NCBI GenBank assembly: GCA_963842945.1
Contig: CAWJIM010000001.1
Span: 1-64,000 of the forward strand
From: an uncultured Gemmatimonadales bacterium
Lineage (GTDB): Bacteria; Gemmatimonadota; Gemmatimonadetes; Gemmatimonadales; GWC2-71-9
DNA length: 64,000 nt
Direction: 5' to 3'
Below are positions 44,795 through 55,752 of the stretch, piece after piece. The stretch's first letter is position 1, and each line of letters starts with the position of its first letter. The translations under genes and the position numbers were made by a program. The notes below the pieces were generated by a model, which had not been told where the DNA came from, made no database searches, and worked only from the letters and a program-made list of their open reading frames with translations.

Positions 44795-46036
44795 TTGAGT
44801 CGTCGTGTTGTGGTCACCGGCCTCGGGTTGGTGACGCCGGTGGGGAACGATGTGGATAGCACCTGGCAGGCGTTGCTCGCCGGACGGTCAGGTGCCGCCC
44901 CCATCACCAAATTCGATGCTTCCAACCAGCAGGTTCGCTTTGCCTGCGAGGTAAAGGGCTTCGATCCGCTGCAGTACATCGACCGCAAAGAGGCCAAGCG
45001 CTACGATCTCTTTGCCCAGCTGGCACTCGCCGCCGCTCATCAGGCCATCACCCAGGCCGGGTTGGAGGGTCGCTTTCCATCTCCCGAGCGCACCGGGGTC
45101 GTGATCGGAAGCGGCATCGGCGGCATGCAGACCTACGAGGACAACTGCCGGGCATTTGTTACCAAAGGTCCCGACCGCGTCTCCCCATTCTTCGTCCCGA
45201 TGTTCATACCCGATATCGCCGCCGGTCTGGTGTCGATCCGGTATGGACTCAAAGGACCCAACTTCGCCACCGTTTCGGCCTGTGCCTCATCGGCTCACGC
45301 CATCGGTGAATCGTTCAACCTGATCCGCCACGGCGTGGCCGATGCCATTGTCACCGGCGGCTCCGAGGGAGCGATTACCGGGCTCACGGTGGCGGCCTTC
45401 GCCAACATGAAGGCGCTCTCCACCCGCAACGACTCGCCCGAGACGGCCAGCCGGCCGTTCGACAAGGATCGCGATGGGTTCGTCCTGGGTGACGGCGGCG
45501 CGATTGTCGTGCTGGAAAGCCTGGAGCACGCGGAGCGGCGGGGAGCCCAGATCCTCGGCGAGGTGCTCGGGTACGGGCTCAGCGCCGATGCCTATCACAT
45601 TACCCAGCCGGCGGAAGGCGGCGAGGGTGCGCAGCGGGCCATCCGCGACTGCCTGGCGGACGGAAACATCGATCCCAAGGACGTCGGGTACATCAACGCC
45701 CACGGCACCTCTACTCCGCAGGGCGATATCGCGGAGACCGAGGCAGTGAAGGCGGTCTTTGGAGAGCATGCCCGCAAGCTGGTGTTCGGCTCCACCAAGT
45801 CCATGACCGGCCACTTGCTCGGCGGAGCGGGCGCTCTGGAGTTCATCGTGTCCCTGCTGTCCTCCACCTGCGGTGTCATTCCGCCCACGATCAATCAGTT
45901 CACTCCCGACCCGGAGTGCGACCTCGATTCCGCCCCTAATCGGAAGGTCGAGCGGCGGGTAGATGTGGCTCTCTCGAACTCCTTCGGTTTTGGCGGGCAC
46001 AACGTGACCCTCGCCGTGAAACGCTGGGAGAGCTAG
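44795..46036 (+). CDS. fabF: Beta-ketoacyl-ACP synthase II
   Basis: RRVVVTG, SACAS, NAHGTST, KSMTGH and SNSFGFGG. Confidence 0.96.
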   Translation: MSRRVVVTGLGLVTPVGNDVDSTWQALLAGRSGAAPITKFDASNQQVRFACEVKGFDPLQYIDRKEAKRYDLFAQLALAAAHQAITQAGLEGRFPSPERTGVVIGSGIGGMQTYEDNCRAFVTKGPDRVSPFFVPMFIPDIAAGLVSIRYGLKGPNFATVSACASSAHAIGESFNLIRHGVADAIVTGGSEGAITGLTVAAFANMKALSTRNDSPETASRPFDKDRDGFVLGDGGAIVVLESLEHAERRGAQILGEVLGYGLSADAYHITQPAEGGEGAQRAIRDCLADGNIDPKDVGYINAHGTSTPQGDIAETEAVKAVFGEHARKLVFGSTKSMTGHLLGGAGALEFIVSLLSSTCGVIPPTINQFTPDPECDLDSAPNRKVERRVDVALSNSFGFGGHNVTLAVKRWES

Positions 46037-46065
46037 CGAAGCGCCGCCTCGATTCGCAGTGGGCC

Positions 46066-46105
46066 GAGGGATCCACCAACTCGCATTTGGGCTGGTGGAT
46101 CCCTC
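46066..46105 (+). terminator. Stem-loop after fabF, probable terminator
   Basis: Perfect 13-bp inverted repeat gagggatccacca / tggtggatccctc with a weak U tract. Confidence 0.6.
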
Positions 46106-46206
46106 CGTGCATTTGGGGCTCTTGGGAAGGGTCAGACGGGTGGCAGCCGCAGCAGCGGTCCGTGTAGATTTTGGGGCTCGACTCTTCGGCACTCCAAGGA
46201 GATCCA

Positions 46207-47403
46207 ATGCCCGGCGGGATCGATCCAGAACGGCTGCGTGACCCTCTGCTGCGTCCCATTGCCGAGAAGGTGTCGGCGGGTGCACGTCTCGACCGGGAAG
46301 ATGGGCTGGCCCTCTATGCCACCTCGGATCTCCTCGGTCTGGGTGTGTTGGCCGACTTCGCCAATTTCCGCCGCAACGGCAACCGCGTTTTCTTCTCGGC
46401 CAACCAGCACATCAACCCGACCAACGTCTGTATTCTCCGGAACACGTGCACCTTCTGCTCCTTTGCCCGGATGCCGAAGGAGGAGGGGGCATACACCCGC
46501 TCGCTCGAGGAGATATTTCACGAGGCCGAGCAGGCCAGCGGCATGCCCACCCGTGAGTTTCACATTGTCGGCGGACTTCACCCCAAGCTCCGGCTCAGCT
46601 ATTACACCGACATGATCCGGGGCCTGAAGCAGCGGCATCCGCACGTGCATGTGAAGGCCCTGACCGCGGTCGAGATCGCCCATCTGGCCCGAATCGAGAA
46701 GATCTCCGAGCGCGAGGTACTGCTCGCCATGAAAGAGGCGGGACTCACCAGCCTCCCCGGCGGCGGCGCCGAGGTCTTCAGCACCGCGGTGCGAGCCACC
46801 ATCGCCGAGCGGAAGCTGACCGGGCAGGAGTGGCTGCGGGTCCATCGGGTCGCCCACGAGCTGGGAATTCCGACCAATTGCACCATGCTGTACGGACACG
46901 TGGAAACCGCGGAGGACCGGATCGAGCACCTGACCATGTTGCGGAGTCTGCAGGATGACACCGGGGGTTTCCTGACCTACATCCCGCTCGCCTATCATCC
47001 GGATCACAACGAGCTGGGTGAAGAGATGGGCCGGGTGGGTACCGCTACCACCGGGTACGAGGATCTCAAGAACATCGCGGTGGGGCGGCTCTTCCTCGAT
47101 AACATTCCGCACGTGAAAACCCATTGGCCGATGGTGACGCCGTTCGTCTCCCAGGTTGCCCTGAGCTTCGGCTGCGACGATGTGGAGGGCACGGTGGTGT
47201 TCGAGCGCATCTACCACGAGGCCGGAGCCCATACCGCCATGCACCTGCCCTATATGGACCTGGTCGGGCTGATCCGGGGAGCGGGGAAGGTGCCCGTCGA
47301 GCGAGACAGCCTGTACCAGACGGTGCGGGTTGAGTTCGACGAACCGCCGCCGGAGCCGTCGATGCGTCGCGGTGCCGCCCTCCCGGTGGTGCACGCGGCA
47401 TGA
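46207..47403 (+). CDS. mqnE: Aminofutalosine synthase (radical SAM, CofH/MqnE family)
   Basis: INPTNVCILRNTCTFCSF, HIVGGLHP, PGGGAE and adjacency to mqnA. Confidence 0.88.
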   Translation: MPGGIDPERLRDPLLRPIAEKVSAGARLDREDGLALYATSDLLGLGVLADFANFRRNGNRVFFSANQHINPTNVCILRNTCTFCSFARMPKEEGAYTRSLEEIFHEAEQASGMPTREFHIVGGLHPKLRLSYYTDMIRGLKQRHPHVHVKALTAVEIAHLARIEKISEREVLLAMKEAGLTSLPGGGAEVFSTAVRATIAERKLTGQEWLRVHRVAHELGIPTNCTMLYGHVETAEDRIEHLTMLRSLQDDTGGFLTYIPLAYHPDHNELGEEMGRVGTATTGYEDLKNIAVGRLFLDNIPHVKTHWPMVTPFVSQVALSFGCDDVEGTVVFERIYHEAGAHTAMHLPYMDLVGLIRGAGKVPVERDSLYQTVRVEFDEPPPEPSMRRGAALPVVHAA

Positions 47404-48221
47404 GACTGGGGCGGATCCCCTGGATCAACTGTTATCCGGTCTACGGAGCCATCGACCGCGGCCTGATAAATGTTCCGGCGGAGATCGTCTCCGGAACCGC
47501 ATCCGAGCTGAACGACCTGATGGCGACCGGCGCTTTGCAGGTGAGCGTGGTCTCTGCGGTCGAGTACGCCAGGAACTCGGCGCTCTACGACCTGCTCCCC
47601 GATCTCGCGATCACCTGCGATGGCCCGGTCCACAGCGTGGCGCTCTTCTCCAAGCGCCCAGTCGAGGAGCTGACCGGACGGACGGTGTTACTCAGCGCCT
47701 CGTCCCGCACCTCGGTACTTCTCCTGGAGCTGCTCTGCCGCCACCGCTGGGGCATTATGCCGAACTTTGCTACCGCCCGCGCCGAAGCCGCTGATCTCGC
47801 ATCGCTCGCCGGACTCCCCCACGACGCCGTGCTGGTCATTGGCGACGCGGCCCTGCACCTCTCGTCCCAGCCGAACTACCCGGTCCGGGTCGACCTGGGC
47901 GAGGAGTGGAAGCAGTGGACCGGGCTGCCCTTTGTCTTCGCAGTATGGGCGTCGCGGCGGGATGCCCCCGCCGCCCGAGTACGGACGGTGCATCGCCGGC
48001 TCATGGAATCCCGGGAATGGGGTCTGGCCCACCTGGACGAGCTCGCCGCCGCCGCAGCCGCCAACACCGGCGTAGCCGAGTCAGTCTGTCGCGCCTATCT
48101 GGGCGACCTGGATTACGCCTTGTCCTATCGTCACCTGGCGGGCCTCACCGATTTCTTCCGCCGCCTCGCTCAGGACGGACTCGTGCCGGACGGGTCGCTC
48201 TCCTTCATCTCGGCGGCATAG
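47400..48221 (+). CDS. mqnA: Chorismate dehydratase
   Basis: RLGRIPWIN, GPVHSV, SRTS, LVIGD.AL and DLGEEW..WTGLPFVFA. Confidence 0.9.
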   Translation: MRLGRIPWINCYPVYGAIDRGLINVPAEIVSGTASELNDLMATGALQVSVVSAVEYARNSALYDLLPDLAITCDGPVHSVALFSKRPVEELTGRTVLLSASSRTSVLLLELLCRHRWGIMPNFATARAEAADLASLAGLPHDAVLVIGDAALHLSSQPNYPVRVDLGEEWKQWTGLPFVFAVWASRRDAPAARVRTVHRRLMESREWGLAHLDELAAAAAANTGVAESVCRAYLGDLDYALSYRHLAGLTDFFRRLAQDGLVPDGSLSFISAA

Positions 48222-48299
48222 AACCGACATAGCGGTAGAGCCGTCGCCGTAAAGGGCTGATAGACTGCAGTAAGTACATCTTGTAAAGGGCTGTCAGTA

Positions 48300-49362
48300 T
48301 GGAGCGTTATAGATCGGACTTCAAGCGAGTTCAAAGACTATCTGGAGCTCTATCAGCGGGCCTCGCTCCTCGAGCTGGGGCAGCTCGCCGACGCCGAGCG
48401 GTGGCGGCATCACCCGGAGAGGGTGGTCACCTACATCATCGATCGGAACATCAACTACACCAACGTCTGCGTCGCCGACTGCAAGTTCTGCGCATTCTAT
48501 CGACGGCCCAAGAACCGCGAAGGCTACGTCCTCAGCTTCGAGCAGATCGGCGCCAAGATCGACGAGTGCAAGGCGATCGGCGGCGTTCAGATTCTGCTCC
48601 AGGGCGGGCACAATCCGTACATTCCGTTCGAGTGGTACCTCGAGTTGATGCGCTACATCAAGCGGCATCACCCGATTCACATCCACGGCTTTTCTCCCTC
48701 CGAAGTCGTGTTCTTCAGCGAGCGTTTCGGACTGCCCGTCGCCGAAGTTGTGCGGGAGCTCCGCGAGGCGGGACTCGACAGCATCCCGGGCGGGGGCGGC
48801 GAAATTCTGGTGGATGAAGTCCGCCAGCGCGTCGCCCGCAAGAAGGCCCAGACGGAAGAGTGGCTCGGGGTCCAGGAAGAAGCCCATGCGTCAGGGGATG
48901 AAGACTTCCGTCACCATGATGTATGGACTCGGAGAGACGGATGCCGATCGAATCGAGCACCTGCTCCGGGTAAGAGAACTGCAGGCCCGCACGGGGGGCT
49001 TTACCGCCTTCATCTGCTGGCCGCTGCAGCCTGAAGGTACCGAGATGTCTGACCAGAAAAAGACTGACGCGGTGAGCTATTTGCGCACGCTTGCCATGGG
49101 ACGGATCATCTGCAACAATGTCCCCAACCTTCAGTCTTCCTGGGTCACCATGGGCCTCAAGGTGGGCCAGATCGCCCTTCAGTTCGGGGCCAATGATTTC
49201 GGCAGTCTGATGATGGAGGAGAACGTCGTCTCCTCGGCGGGCACTACCCACCGCGCCACCATCGAAGAGATGGAACGGTGCATCCGCGACGCGGGATACC
49301 TCGTCAGGCGGCGACGTCAGGACTACTCAATCATCGATGAGCCTGCCACCGTGGCCGCATGA
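48300..49362 (+). CDS. mqnC: Cyclic dehypoxanthine futalosine synthase; frameshift near 48890, start uncertain
   Basis: VTYIIDRNINYTNVCVADCKFCAF, LLQGG, PGGGGE, QSSWVT and GANDFGS.MMEENVV. Confidence 0.9.
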
Positions 49363-49835
49363 TCCGGGTCGGCATCGGCTACGACTCGCACCGATTTGTC
49401 GAGGGTCGTCCGCTGGTGCTGGGTGGCGTCACAATTCCTCATCCTCACGGGCTCGCCGGCCATTCCGATGCCGATGCCGTGGCTCACGCCCTGATCGACG
49501 CCATGCTCGGCGCAGCGGCGGCGGGCGATATCGGCCATCTGTTCCCCGACCACGATCCACGCTGGAAAGACGCCGACTCGATGGAGCTGCTCCATACGGC
49601 TCACGAGCTGGTGAGGTCTCGCGGGTTTTCCCTCCAGCAGGCCGACCTGACCATCATCACCGAACAGCCCCGGCTTGGCCCTCACCTTCCGCAGATGGCA
49701 GCCACCCTGGCCAGCTGGTTGGGCGCCAGCCCGGGATCGGTGAGCCTCAAGGCGAAGACCAATGAAGGCATGGGCTTTATTGGGCGGGGCGAAGGCGTCG
49801 CGGTAATTGCGGTCGCCACTCTGGAGGCCCGCTGA
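49359..49835 (+). CDS. ispF: 2-C-methyl-D-erythritol 2,4-cyclodiphosphate synthase
   Basis: GIGYDSH, GHSDAD, GDIGHLFPD and KAKTNE. Confidence 0.96.
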   Translation: MIRVGIGYDSHRFVEGRPLVLGGVTIPHPHGLAGHSDADAVAHALIDAMLGAAAAGDIGHLFPDHDPRWKDADSMELLHTAHELVRSRGFSLQQADLTIITEQPRLGPHLPQMAATLASWLGASPGSVSLKAKTNEGMGFIGRGEGVAVIAVATLEAR

Positions 49836-49855
49836 TAGAGTCTCTGCTCGGGTGG

Positions 49856-50899
49856 GTGTCGCAGCTTCCCCCCGGCGCGGTCTACTCGGTTCTCGCTCTG
49901 TTAGCCGCGATCGAGAACGTGATTCCGCCGGTGCCGTCGGATGCTGCTGTGGCGCTGGGTGCCTTCCTTACCAACCGGGGACTGACCACTCCGGTGGGCG
50001 TCTTTCTGGTGACCTGGGTGGCCAACCTCGCAGGCGCCGCGGCAGTGTATCTGGTCTCCCGCCGCTACGGCCGCCGGCTCTTTGCTACGAAGCTGGGACG
50101 CCGGCTCCTGGCGCCGCGGTCATTGGCCATTATCGAGCGCGAGTATCTCAGATTCGGCGTAGCCGGGATCTTTGTCAGCCGTTTTCTGCCCGGCATTCGC
50201 GCGGTGGTGCCTCCATTTGCCGGCCTGATTCATCTGAGCGCCGTACGCACCTTGGTGCCGATGGGAGTGGCATCTGCCATCTGGTACGGCAGCATCACGC
50301 TGCTGGGTTCGGTGATCGGAGCCGAATGGGGTCGGATCAATCACATTCTGCTCGGAGTGAACCGAACTCTCGGCATCATCACCGTAGTGCTGGTGCTGCT
50401 GGGCGTCGTGATGTACCTGCGTAACCGGCGCCGCCGGCAGCGGGAGCGAGTATGGCATGCAACCCGTGACGCGCTGGATCCCGCGACCCCCACGTTTTTG
50501 GCCGGTTCGGAGATCGCCGAAGGGTCGGCCCAGCAGGCGGCCGCCCTGCTGGTTCTGGAACTGGCTTATGCCGACACCGCGCTCACCGAAGCGGATCGCG
50601 ACCTGGTGGCCGCCCACCTGCGGGATCGCTGGGGACTGACGCCGGAAGGACAACCCTCGCCCGAGCCCGAGCACGACCGAAAGACCCGCTTTGCCGGGTA
50701 CGCCTCCCGGTTGCGCGGGCGTTTCGGCCAAAGCCAGCGACTCGCTCTGGTGGAGCGAATGTGGACGGTCGCTTTCAGCGACGGAGTCATTGGCCAGCAC
50801 GAGGAGCGGCTCATGCACCTGGCAGGAGAGCTTCTCGGCCTCCGCAAGGAGGATCTCATAGAAGTGCGCAGTCGTCTCCAGCGGGCAGGGCAGCCGTGA
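49856..50899 (+). CDS. DedA-family membrane protein fused to a C-terminal TerB-like domain
   Basis: IENVIPPVPSD and SRFLPGIR (DedA); then LLVLELAYAD..TEAD and LVERMW.VAFSDG...HEE (TerB-like). Confidence 0.8.
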   Translation: MSQLPPGAVYSVLALLAAIENVIPPVPSDAAVALGAFLTNRGLTTPVGVFLVTWVANLAGAAAVYLVSRRYGRRLFATKLGRRLLAPRSLAIIEREYLRFGVAGIFVSRFLPGIRAVVPPFAGLIHLSAVRTLVPMGVASAIWYGSITLLGSVIGAEWGRINHILLGVNRTLGIITVVLVLLGVVMYLRNRRRRQRERVWHATRDALDPATPTFLAGSEIAEGSAQQAAALLVLELAYADTALTEADRDLVAAHLRDRWGLTPEGQPSPEPEHDRKTRFAGYASRLRGRFGQSQRLALVERMWTVAFSDGVIGQHEERLMHLAGELLGLRKEDLIEVRSRLQRAGQP

Positions 50900-51819
50900 G
50901 CGCGATAGCCGTCGTCCGGCTCCAGATCGACCGGGACTTTTGGCTGGAAAGCTTCCGCGATTTCCTCGCGCTCGAGTCGGGCCATAGCGCCAACACCGTG
51001 GAGGCCTATCTCCGGGACCTTCGCCGTCTGGGAGAGTTTGCCACTTCGCGCGGTGTCCGGGATCCGGGACAGCTCACCCGCGGGCTGCTCCGGGAATTCG
51101 TGTTTCTTCTCAAGGATCTGGGACTCAGCGCGTCCTCGATCCGCCGAAGCGTGTCGGCCATCCGGACTTACTACGGATTTCTTCTGGGTGAGGGACGAGT
51201 CAGGGACGACCCCAGTGATCGCCTGGAAAGCCCGCGGCGGGGCCGAGTGTTGCCCGAGACCCTCAGCGTCACGGAAGTCGAGGCACTGCTCGGCTCACCC
51301 AAGGTCGAGCAACCCCTGGCCTGGCGCGATCGGGCGCTGCTGGAGCTGGCCTATGGCGCGGGATTGAGGGTCTCGGAACTGTGCTCGCTCGGCTTGACCG
51401 ACCTGCTGCTGACCGAGAATCTGATTCGGGTGTTTGGGAAGGGAAGCAAGGAGCGGCTGGTGCCCATCGGCCGGAGCGTCATTGGGGCGGTATCGGTATA
51501 CCTCCACACGATGCGACCCGAGTTGGACCGGGGAAAGAGCAAGGGGCGCGTGCTTCTCAATGCCCGGGGCGAGCCGCTCTCCCGGGTCGGCGCCTGGGGC
51601 GTGGTCAAACGCGCAGCCGAGCGCGCCGGCATTCCGAAGAGGGTTACTCCGCACACGCTGCGTCACAGCTTTGCCACCCACCTCCTGGAGGGCGGCGCAG
51701 ATCTTCGGGCAGTGCAGGAGATGTTGGGCCACGCCGACCTGTCGACCACTCAGATTTACACCCATGTGGACCGGGAATATTTGCGGTCGGTGCACAAGCA
51801 ATTTCATCCGCGCGGCTGA
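50896..51819 (+). CDS. xerD: Site-specific tyrosine recombinase XerD
   Basis: NTVEAY.RDL, GLRVSE, GKGSKER, PHTLRHSFATHLL, LGH and TTQIYTHV. Confidence 0.92.
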   Translation: MSAIAVVRLQIDRDFWLESFRDFLALESGHSANTVEAYLRDLRRLGEFATSRGVRDPGQLTRGLLREFVFLLKDLGLSASSIRRSVSAIRTYYGFLLGEGRVRDDPSDRLESPRRGRVLPETLSVTEVEALLGSPKVEQPLAWRDRALLELAYGAGLRVSELCSLGLTDLLLTENLIRVFGKGSKERLVPIGRSVIGAVSVYLHTMRPELDRGKSKGRVLLNARGEPLSRVGAWGVVKRAAERAGIPKRVTPHTLRHSFATHLLEGGADLRAVQEMLGHADLSTTQIYTHVDREYLRSVHKQFHPRG

Positions 51820-51835
51820 GCGCCAACTCTCCAGG

Positions 51836-53552
51836 TCAAGCCGTGATCCCCGCCGCCACCGGGTCGGTACGTTCGAACAGACCGCCCAACCACTCCACTA
51901 TCCAGGAGGCCTCGAATCCCATGGCGAGAAGGGCGAGGCCTCCGGCCGGGATCAGGGCCCACTCTCCTATGCCTGGCCGTAGCAGGAGATAGCTTCCACC
52001 GGCAAGCGCGGCCGGTATCAGCAGCGTGATGGCGAGCAGCACCGCAAACGCAATAAGCATCAGGAGATTCTGACCCAGGGTCTCGACTCCTCCAGGACGC
52101 CCCGCACCCACCCGTACCCAGGCGGGATAGAGCAGCGCCGCTCCGTTCTGAATCAGCATGCCCAGCAAGTTGATCGGCGGCAGAAACACCAGGCTGAGCA
52201 GCAGGAGCAGCGTGCGCTCTTCCAGCCCGGCGTCCAGTGTCTGATTTCCCAGAAATGCGAGATAGCTGAGACTCAGCAGAGCGATCTCCATCAGGGTGAG
52301 CATCAGAGTCGAGGCTCCTGCCTCGGCCAGGACCACGGACCACCCTCGCAGCGGGTAGCTCCGCAGCAGATCCAGCTTCGGCAGGTCGCTGCGCAGGTCG
52401 TTCCGCACGTACTGTGGCCCAGTGATCACCATCAGGCCGGCCCAGAAAAGCGCGAGCCAGCCTGCGGCTTCCGCGAGAGTTCCTTCGGGGTCAAAGGAGA
52501 GCACCGCTACAATCCCGCCTGCCAGCAGTGAGCGACACTGCCAAGTTCCGCATCCTACGCGTCCGGGTGGCTGCCACCAGATTCTTCCACAGAATGGCGC
52601 CCGCCGGCCATCCAGTAGCGGAGAGCCGAATCAGTGCACGTCTGGGCCGATTCCGAGTGGCGGGAACCTTGACGCTTCCACTCGCAAGCGCTGTGACTCT
52701 GCGGAGCGACGCTTCCGCCGCGGCTTCCTCGAAAGCGGTGTCAGAACGAATCACCCACACGTAGTGCAGCACCATCAGCAGCAGGGCAGGCCAGAGACTT
52801 GCGAACCACTCCGCCACGCTGTGGGCTGCGAGCGGGCGAATCATGATGCGGAAGGGGTACGTCAGCAGGCGGGGCAGGGGGCGATCAAACGTGGCGGCCA
52901 CGGCGGTGAGAAAGCTGGATCCCGTTTGCTGCCGCGCCGCCACGAGCTCGGGCAAGGCATCGGCGATGCTCCACACCAGGGCAACGAGGAATGCGCCCAG
53001 CACGGTGAGTGAGACTGACCGGTGACGCGCCCCGAGCCGCCCATGCTCCGACAGGCTGGTGCGAACGAACGAGGCGCCCAGCCGGTGAAATGAGAGGGTC
53101 GTCAGCATGATCCAGATCGAGATCACTCTGAGCCAGGCTGACACACCGAAGCGCTCGCGCGACAGTATCAGGGTCCAGAGCAGCGCGTTGAACAGGATGA
53201 GCAGCTGGGTCCGGAGCAGCTTGAACTGAATCAGGCCTTGCCGGGAGACCGGTCCGGAGAAGAGGAAAGTGACTTCGGCCGGGGTGAAGGCCAGCACTCG
53301 CCGCTCCACGCCGAAGATCCATCCCCATGCGACGGCGCCGAAGAGGGCGAAGGCGCCGATCAGCTCGAGTACCTTCGGATCTACCGCTGCGGCGGCGGGC
53401 GTCGTCGGTCGCTGGCCGATCACCACGAACCAGAGGTAGGCAAGGCCGAGCAGGAGTGCCGCGAGGTAGCGGGGACTTCTGAGCTGCCGGAATTGTCTCA
53501 CAATGCGGTTACGGGCCGATCGCCAGGTGAGATACCCGAACACGCCGATCAT
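51836..53552 (-). CDS. Putative ABC exporter permease, frameshift near 52510
   Basis: Multi-TM with LAFTPAEVTFLFSGP, AILWKN and RNDLRSD; overlaps the ATPase stop. Confidence 0.75.
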
Positions 53553-54289
53553 GGCTGCCCGGCGTCGTCCTCCTGGCCAATGAGGGCCAGAAAGACATCC
53601 TCCAGCTTGCGCGAGCGTAGGTCCGGGCGCTGCGCCAAAATTTCTGGGATGCTACCGAAAGCGACCGCCTGGCCTCGTTGCATCACGAGAACTCTGGTGC
53701 AGATCTCCTCGATCAGGTGCAACAGGTGCGAGCTCAAAATCACCGCCGTGCCCGCCGCTGCCCGGCGCATGATCGTGCTCTTCATCCGTCGAATGCCAAC
53801 CGGATCCAGCCCGGTGAGAGGCTCATCCAGCAGCAGCGCCTTGGGATCGTGTAGCAGCCCGCACGCAATGGCGAGCTTCTGCTTCATGCCGCGCGACAAT
53901 TCGCCCGGAAGGGCATGCTGCTTATCGGAGAGATCCAGCTCCGCCAGCAGGCCGGGGATTCGAGCGCTCACATCGCCCAGGCGATAGAGCCGGGCTATAA
54001 AGCGAAGATGCTCTTCCACAGTGAGATACTCGAACAGGTGGGGTTCATCCGGAATGAAAGCGAGCGCCCCCTTGGCCTCGACCGGAGCTGTTTTCAGATC
54101 GTGGCCAGCAACTTCAATCCGGCCACTGGTGGGAATGATGATTCCAGCGATGCTGCGGATGGTGGTCGTCTTACCTGCGCCGTTAGGACCAACGAGGCCC
54201 AGCACTTCGCCGGCAGCCACCGAAAAGCTGAGCCCCTGGACAGCGGGGAAGTCACCGTAAAGTTTGTGCAAGCCATCCACTTGGATCAC
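53549..54289 (-). CDS. ABC transporter ATP-binding protein
   Basis: [23 protein letters not shown] and SSH. Confidence 0.93.
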   Translation of the reverse strand: MIQVDGLHKLYGDFPAVQGLSFSVAAGEVLGLVGPNGAGKTTTIRSIAGIIIPTSGRIEVAGHDLKTAPVEAKGALAFIPDEPHLFEYLTVEEHLRFIARLYRLGDVSARIPGLLAELDLSDKQHALPGELSRGMKQKLAIACGLLHDPKALLLDEPLTGLDPVGIRRMKSTIMRRAAAGTAVILSSHLLHLIEEICTRVLVMQRGQAVAFGSIPEILAQRPDLRSRKLEDVFLALIGQEDDAGQP

Positions 54290-54312
54290 GGGTGCCCCGC
54301 GCAGGTACCGGG

Positions 54313-54339
54313 TGAAACTTTCATGATCTGCGGCACGTC
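54313..54339 (+). promoter_or_regulatory. Possible ECF-sigma promoter
   Basis: TGAAAC-N17-CGTC upstream of 54385. Confidence 0.4.
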
Positions 54340-54384
54340 ACATTACGAAACATATCACCCCAAGCGTAGGGGCAGGCGGAATTT

Positions 54385-55127
54385 ATGCGAAACTATTGGC
54401 TGCGAATTGCCCTCGGTGCACTGGCCATCTTCATCGTAGGCATGATCGGCGTTTCTCTGGCCAGGCAGGGCGTCGGCAGGGTTCGTCACGTTGTCGAGGG
54501 CAGCGGCCCCATCACGCTTCCGCTGGCGTTCATCCCCTTCCACTTGAATGGTCAGAAGCTCGGTAACTGTGAGCAGGGTGGTGTTGCTGCGTAACGCGCC
54601 AAAGCAAATCTCGGCGGTGGAGCTGGAGGCCAAAGTGCGAGATTCTGCGGTGGCGCGCGGACTGGAAGGTTGCCGGCTGACCGCCAACCTCGATGAGGAT
54701 CATAAGCCGGGCAACGTTCGCATCCGGGCCGGTGACAAGTCGAGCGGGGTGTTCACCTGCCTCCACCCCGGCGACTCCGCACCCGGATTCCAGGAGTTCG
54801 GCCGAGCGATCTTTCAGCCGGGCAACGTGACGGTGCCGCTCCTGCTGCCGGACGATATGGTAAATGATCTCCGAGAGGGTCACTTTGACGATTCGAATGA
54901 CATGCGAAGACTCCATCGGTGCGGCGGCCGAGGCCCAGGCGGAGTCCATCGGCGACGCTGCGGAAGCGCGGGCCGACTCGATCGCTGAGGCGGCCTCGAG
55001 CCGGGCGGATTCCATCGTGGCGCACAGTCAGCGTCTGGTAGACTCGCTCCGGGAAGAAGGGGAGCGCCGGGCCGACTCAGCTCGTCGGGCGGGCCGAGTG
55101 CCGGGCACCCGCAACCCCAACCGGTAA
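54385..55127 (+). CDS. Hypothetical membrane-anchored protein with C-terminal 11-residue repeats, two frameshifts
   Basis: N-terminal TM helix; joins ORFs 54385..54594, 54548..54988 and 54864..55127. Confidence 0.6.
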
Positions 55128-55137
55128 ACCACCGTTC

Positions 55138-55752
55138 ATGCTTCTGGTCCTGGATAACTACGACAGTTTCACCTACAACCTGGTGCAGTACGCCGGCGAG
55201 CTTGGCGCTGACCCCGTGGTGTACCGGAATGATGCCATCTCGGTGGAGGACGCCCTCGCGTTGCGGCCACTGGCAATCCTCATTTCTCCGGGGCCGTGCA
55301 CTCCGAGTGACGCTGGCATCTCGGTAGACTTGATTCGCGCCGCTGCCGGGCAAGTGCCGATTCTCGGGGTGTGTCTGGGCCATCAGGCAATCGGTGAAGC
55401 CTTCGGCGGGAAGGTCGTTCGTGCCGAGCGGCTCATGCACGGCAAGACCACGTCCGTGGTGCACTCAGGTCACCCACTTTTCCGGGATATCCTCTCACCG
55501 CTCGAGGTAATGCGCTATCACTCACTGGTGGTCTCCGCCGACGGGCTGCCCCCGGTCCTGGAGGTTACGGCCTGGTCTGAGGACCGGCCGGCCGGGAGCG
55601 AGATTATGGCTCTGTGCCACCGTTCGCTTCCGGTTTACGGAGTGCAGTTCCACCCCGAATCGGTAGGAACCAGGGCCGGAAAGCGTCTCCTCTGGAACTT
55701 CCTCTCACTGGCCGGCCTGCCGCTCCTCTCGACTCCCGCTGCTGCCGTCTAA
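55138..55752 (+). CDS. Glutamine amidotransferase TrpG/PabA
   Basis: [27 protein letters not shown] and QFHPES. Confidence 0.93.
   Translation: MLLVLDNYDSFTYNLVQYAGELGADPVVYRNDAISVEDALALRPLAILISPGPCTPSDAGISVDLIRAAAGQVPILGVCLGHQAIGEAFGGKVVRAERLMHGKTTSVVHSGHPLFRDILSPLEVMRYHSLVVSADGLPPVLEVTAWSEDRPAGSEIMALCHRSLPVYGVQFHPESVGTRAGKRLLWNFLSLAGLPLLSTPAAAV

Noticed and set aside
50896..51819. Tyrosine recombinase as a phage or integron integrase
   Set aside because: It has XerD-like length and motifs in a housekeeping context. No integron-integrase insertion, att sites or dif site were seen.
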